Assembly (NCBI GenBank): GCA_001179505.1
Contig: CDMY01000984.1
Coordinates: 1-7,260, forward strand
Origin: Vitrella brassicaformis CCMP3155
Taxonomy: Eukaryota; Protista; Chromerida
DNA: 7,260 bases
Direction: 5' to 3'
Below, in pieces: positions 6,944-7,260 of this stretch; the stretch's first letter is position 1, and each line of letters begins with the position of its first letter. Both the position numbers and the translations under genes were made by a program. The notes beneath the pieces were generated by a model that was not told the origin of the DNA, searched no databases, and worked only from the letters and a program-made list of their open reading frames with translations.

Positions 6944-6960
6944 TGATGTGGCTCGGTGTG

Positions 6961-7260
6961 ATGGCCCAATCATCGTCTGCCGCATCACAAGCACCTCCTG
7001 TGCCGCCCGGCTGCAAGGGGCTGGAGGACGTCGACATTGTCCCCGATGAGGGCGTCAGTCCTCCCAGTCGGCAGCTGTTGGAGGGCTGCATCCGCCGCAC
7101 CTTCAGCGATGCCGCCCAAGTCACACAGCTGATCGAGCAAGGAGCCGACCCGAGAGCCGCCGGCGGCCTTCGTGTCCACGGCGGCATCCCAGGAAGAGCC
7201 CCGTACTCGCAATACAGCTGCCTGCCTTTCGCCATCGACAGCCTAACAAACTACCCATTG
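6961..7260 (+). CDS. 5' part (3'-truncated by the window) of a probable member of the same chromerid ankyrin-repeat family as the gene at 1-504
   Basis: Missing from the ORF track because no stop is reached. Frame 1 is open for 100 codons: MAQSSSAASQAPPVPPGCKGLEDVDIVPDEGVSPPSRQLLEGCIRRTFSDAAQVTQLIEQGADPRAAGGLRVHGGIPGRAPYSQYSCLPFAIDSLTNYPL. The QLIEQGADP ... SCLPFAID segment is ankyrin-like. An in-frame ATG also exists at 6946 (MWLGV). The family identity is from recall. Confidence 0.75.
   Translation, partial: MAQSSSAASQAPPVPPGCKGLEDVDIVPDEGVSPPSRQLLEGCIRRTFSDAAQVTQLIEQGADPRAAGGLRVHGGIPGRAPYSQYSCLPFAIDSLTNYPL

Noticed and set aside
6366-7235. 289-aa minus-strand ORF
   Set aside because: It is antisense to the better-supported plus-strand CDS and passes through (TCAG)n and T-rich low-complexity sequence; no recognisable motifs.
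1-7260. Transposon, tRNA or rRNA genes
   Set aside because: No transposase or reverse-transcriptase motifs, terminal repeats, target-site duplications, cloverleaf or rRNA-like segments were recognised by eye. A covariance-model scan would be needed to fully exclude small ncRNAs.

Overview
GC-rich, intron-dense eukaryotic genomic DNA. Short GT-AG introns of about 60-120 nt with CA/TG microsatellites, plus the gene families present, suggest a chromerid alveolate such as Vitrella brassicaformis (inference). Most ORFs in the supplied track are exon fragments or antisense shadows. Splicing by hand gives four genes. (1) The 3' end of a plus-strand gene (<1-504). (2) A complete minus-strand, 10-exon, mitochondrial-type HslV/ClpQ threonine protease (2417-857) with intact T1/D17/K33/GSGG. 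(3) A complete minus-strand, 11-exon, 775-aa F-box plus degenerate-LRR protein (5951-2822). (4) The 5' end of a plus-strand gene (6961->7260) that appears to belong to the same lineage-expanded ankyrin-like family as gene 1. The most notable non-genic structure lies between the divergent genes 3 and 4. There, the F-box gene's leader + leader intron + first coding exon module is tandemly duplicated (5861-6120 and 6174-6364) with the frame and splice sites kept in both copies, next to an exact 25-bp tandem repeat carrying a TTGGCGCCAA palindrome. Other points of interest are AC-rich/GT-rich self-complementary introns, a probable GC-AG intron, and an HslV with a non-canonical DMDIGTN motif and a 43-aa C-terminal tail. 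All gene models are manual and unconfirmed by transcripts.
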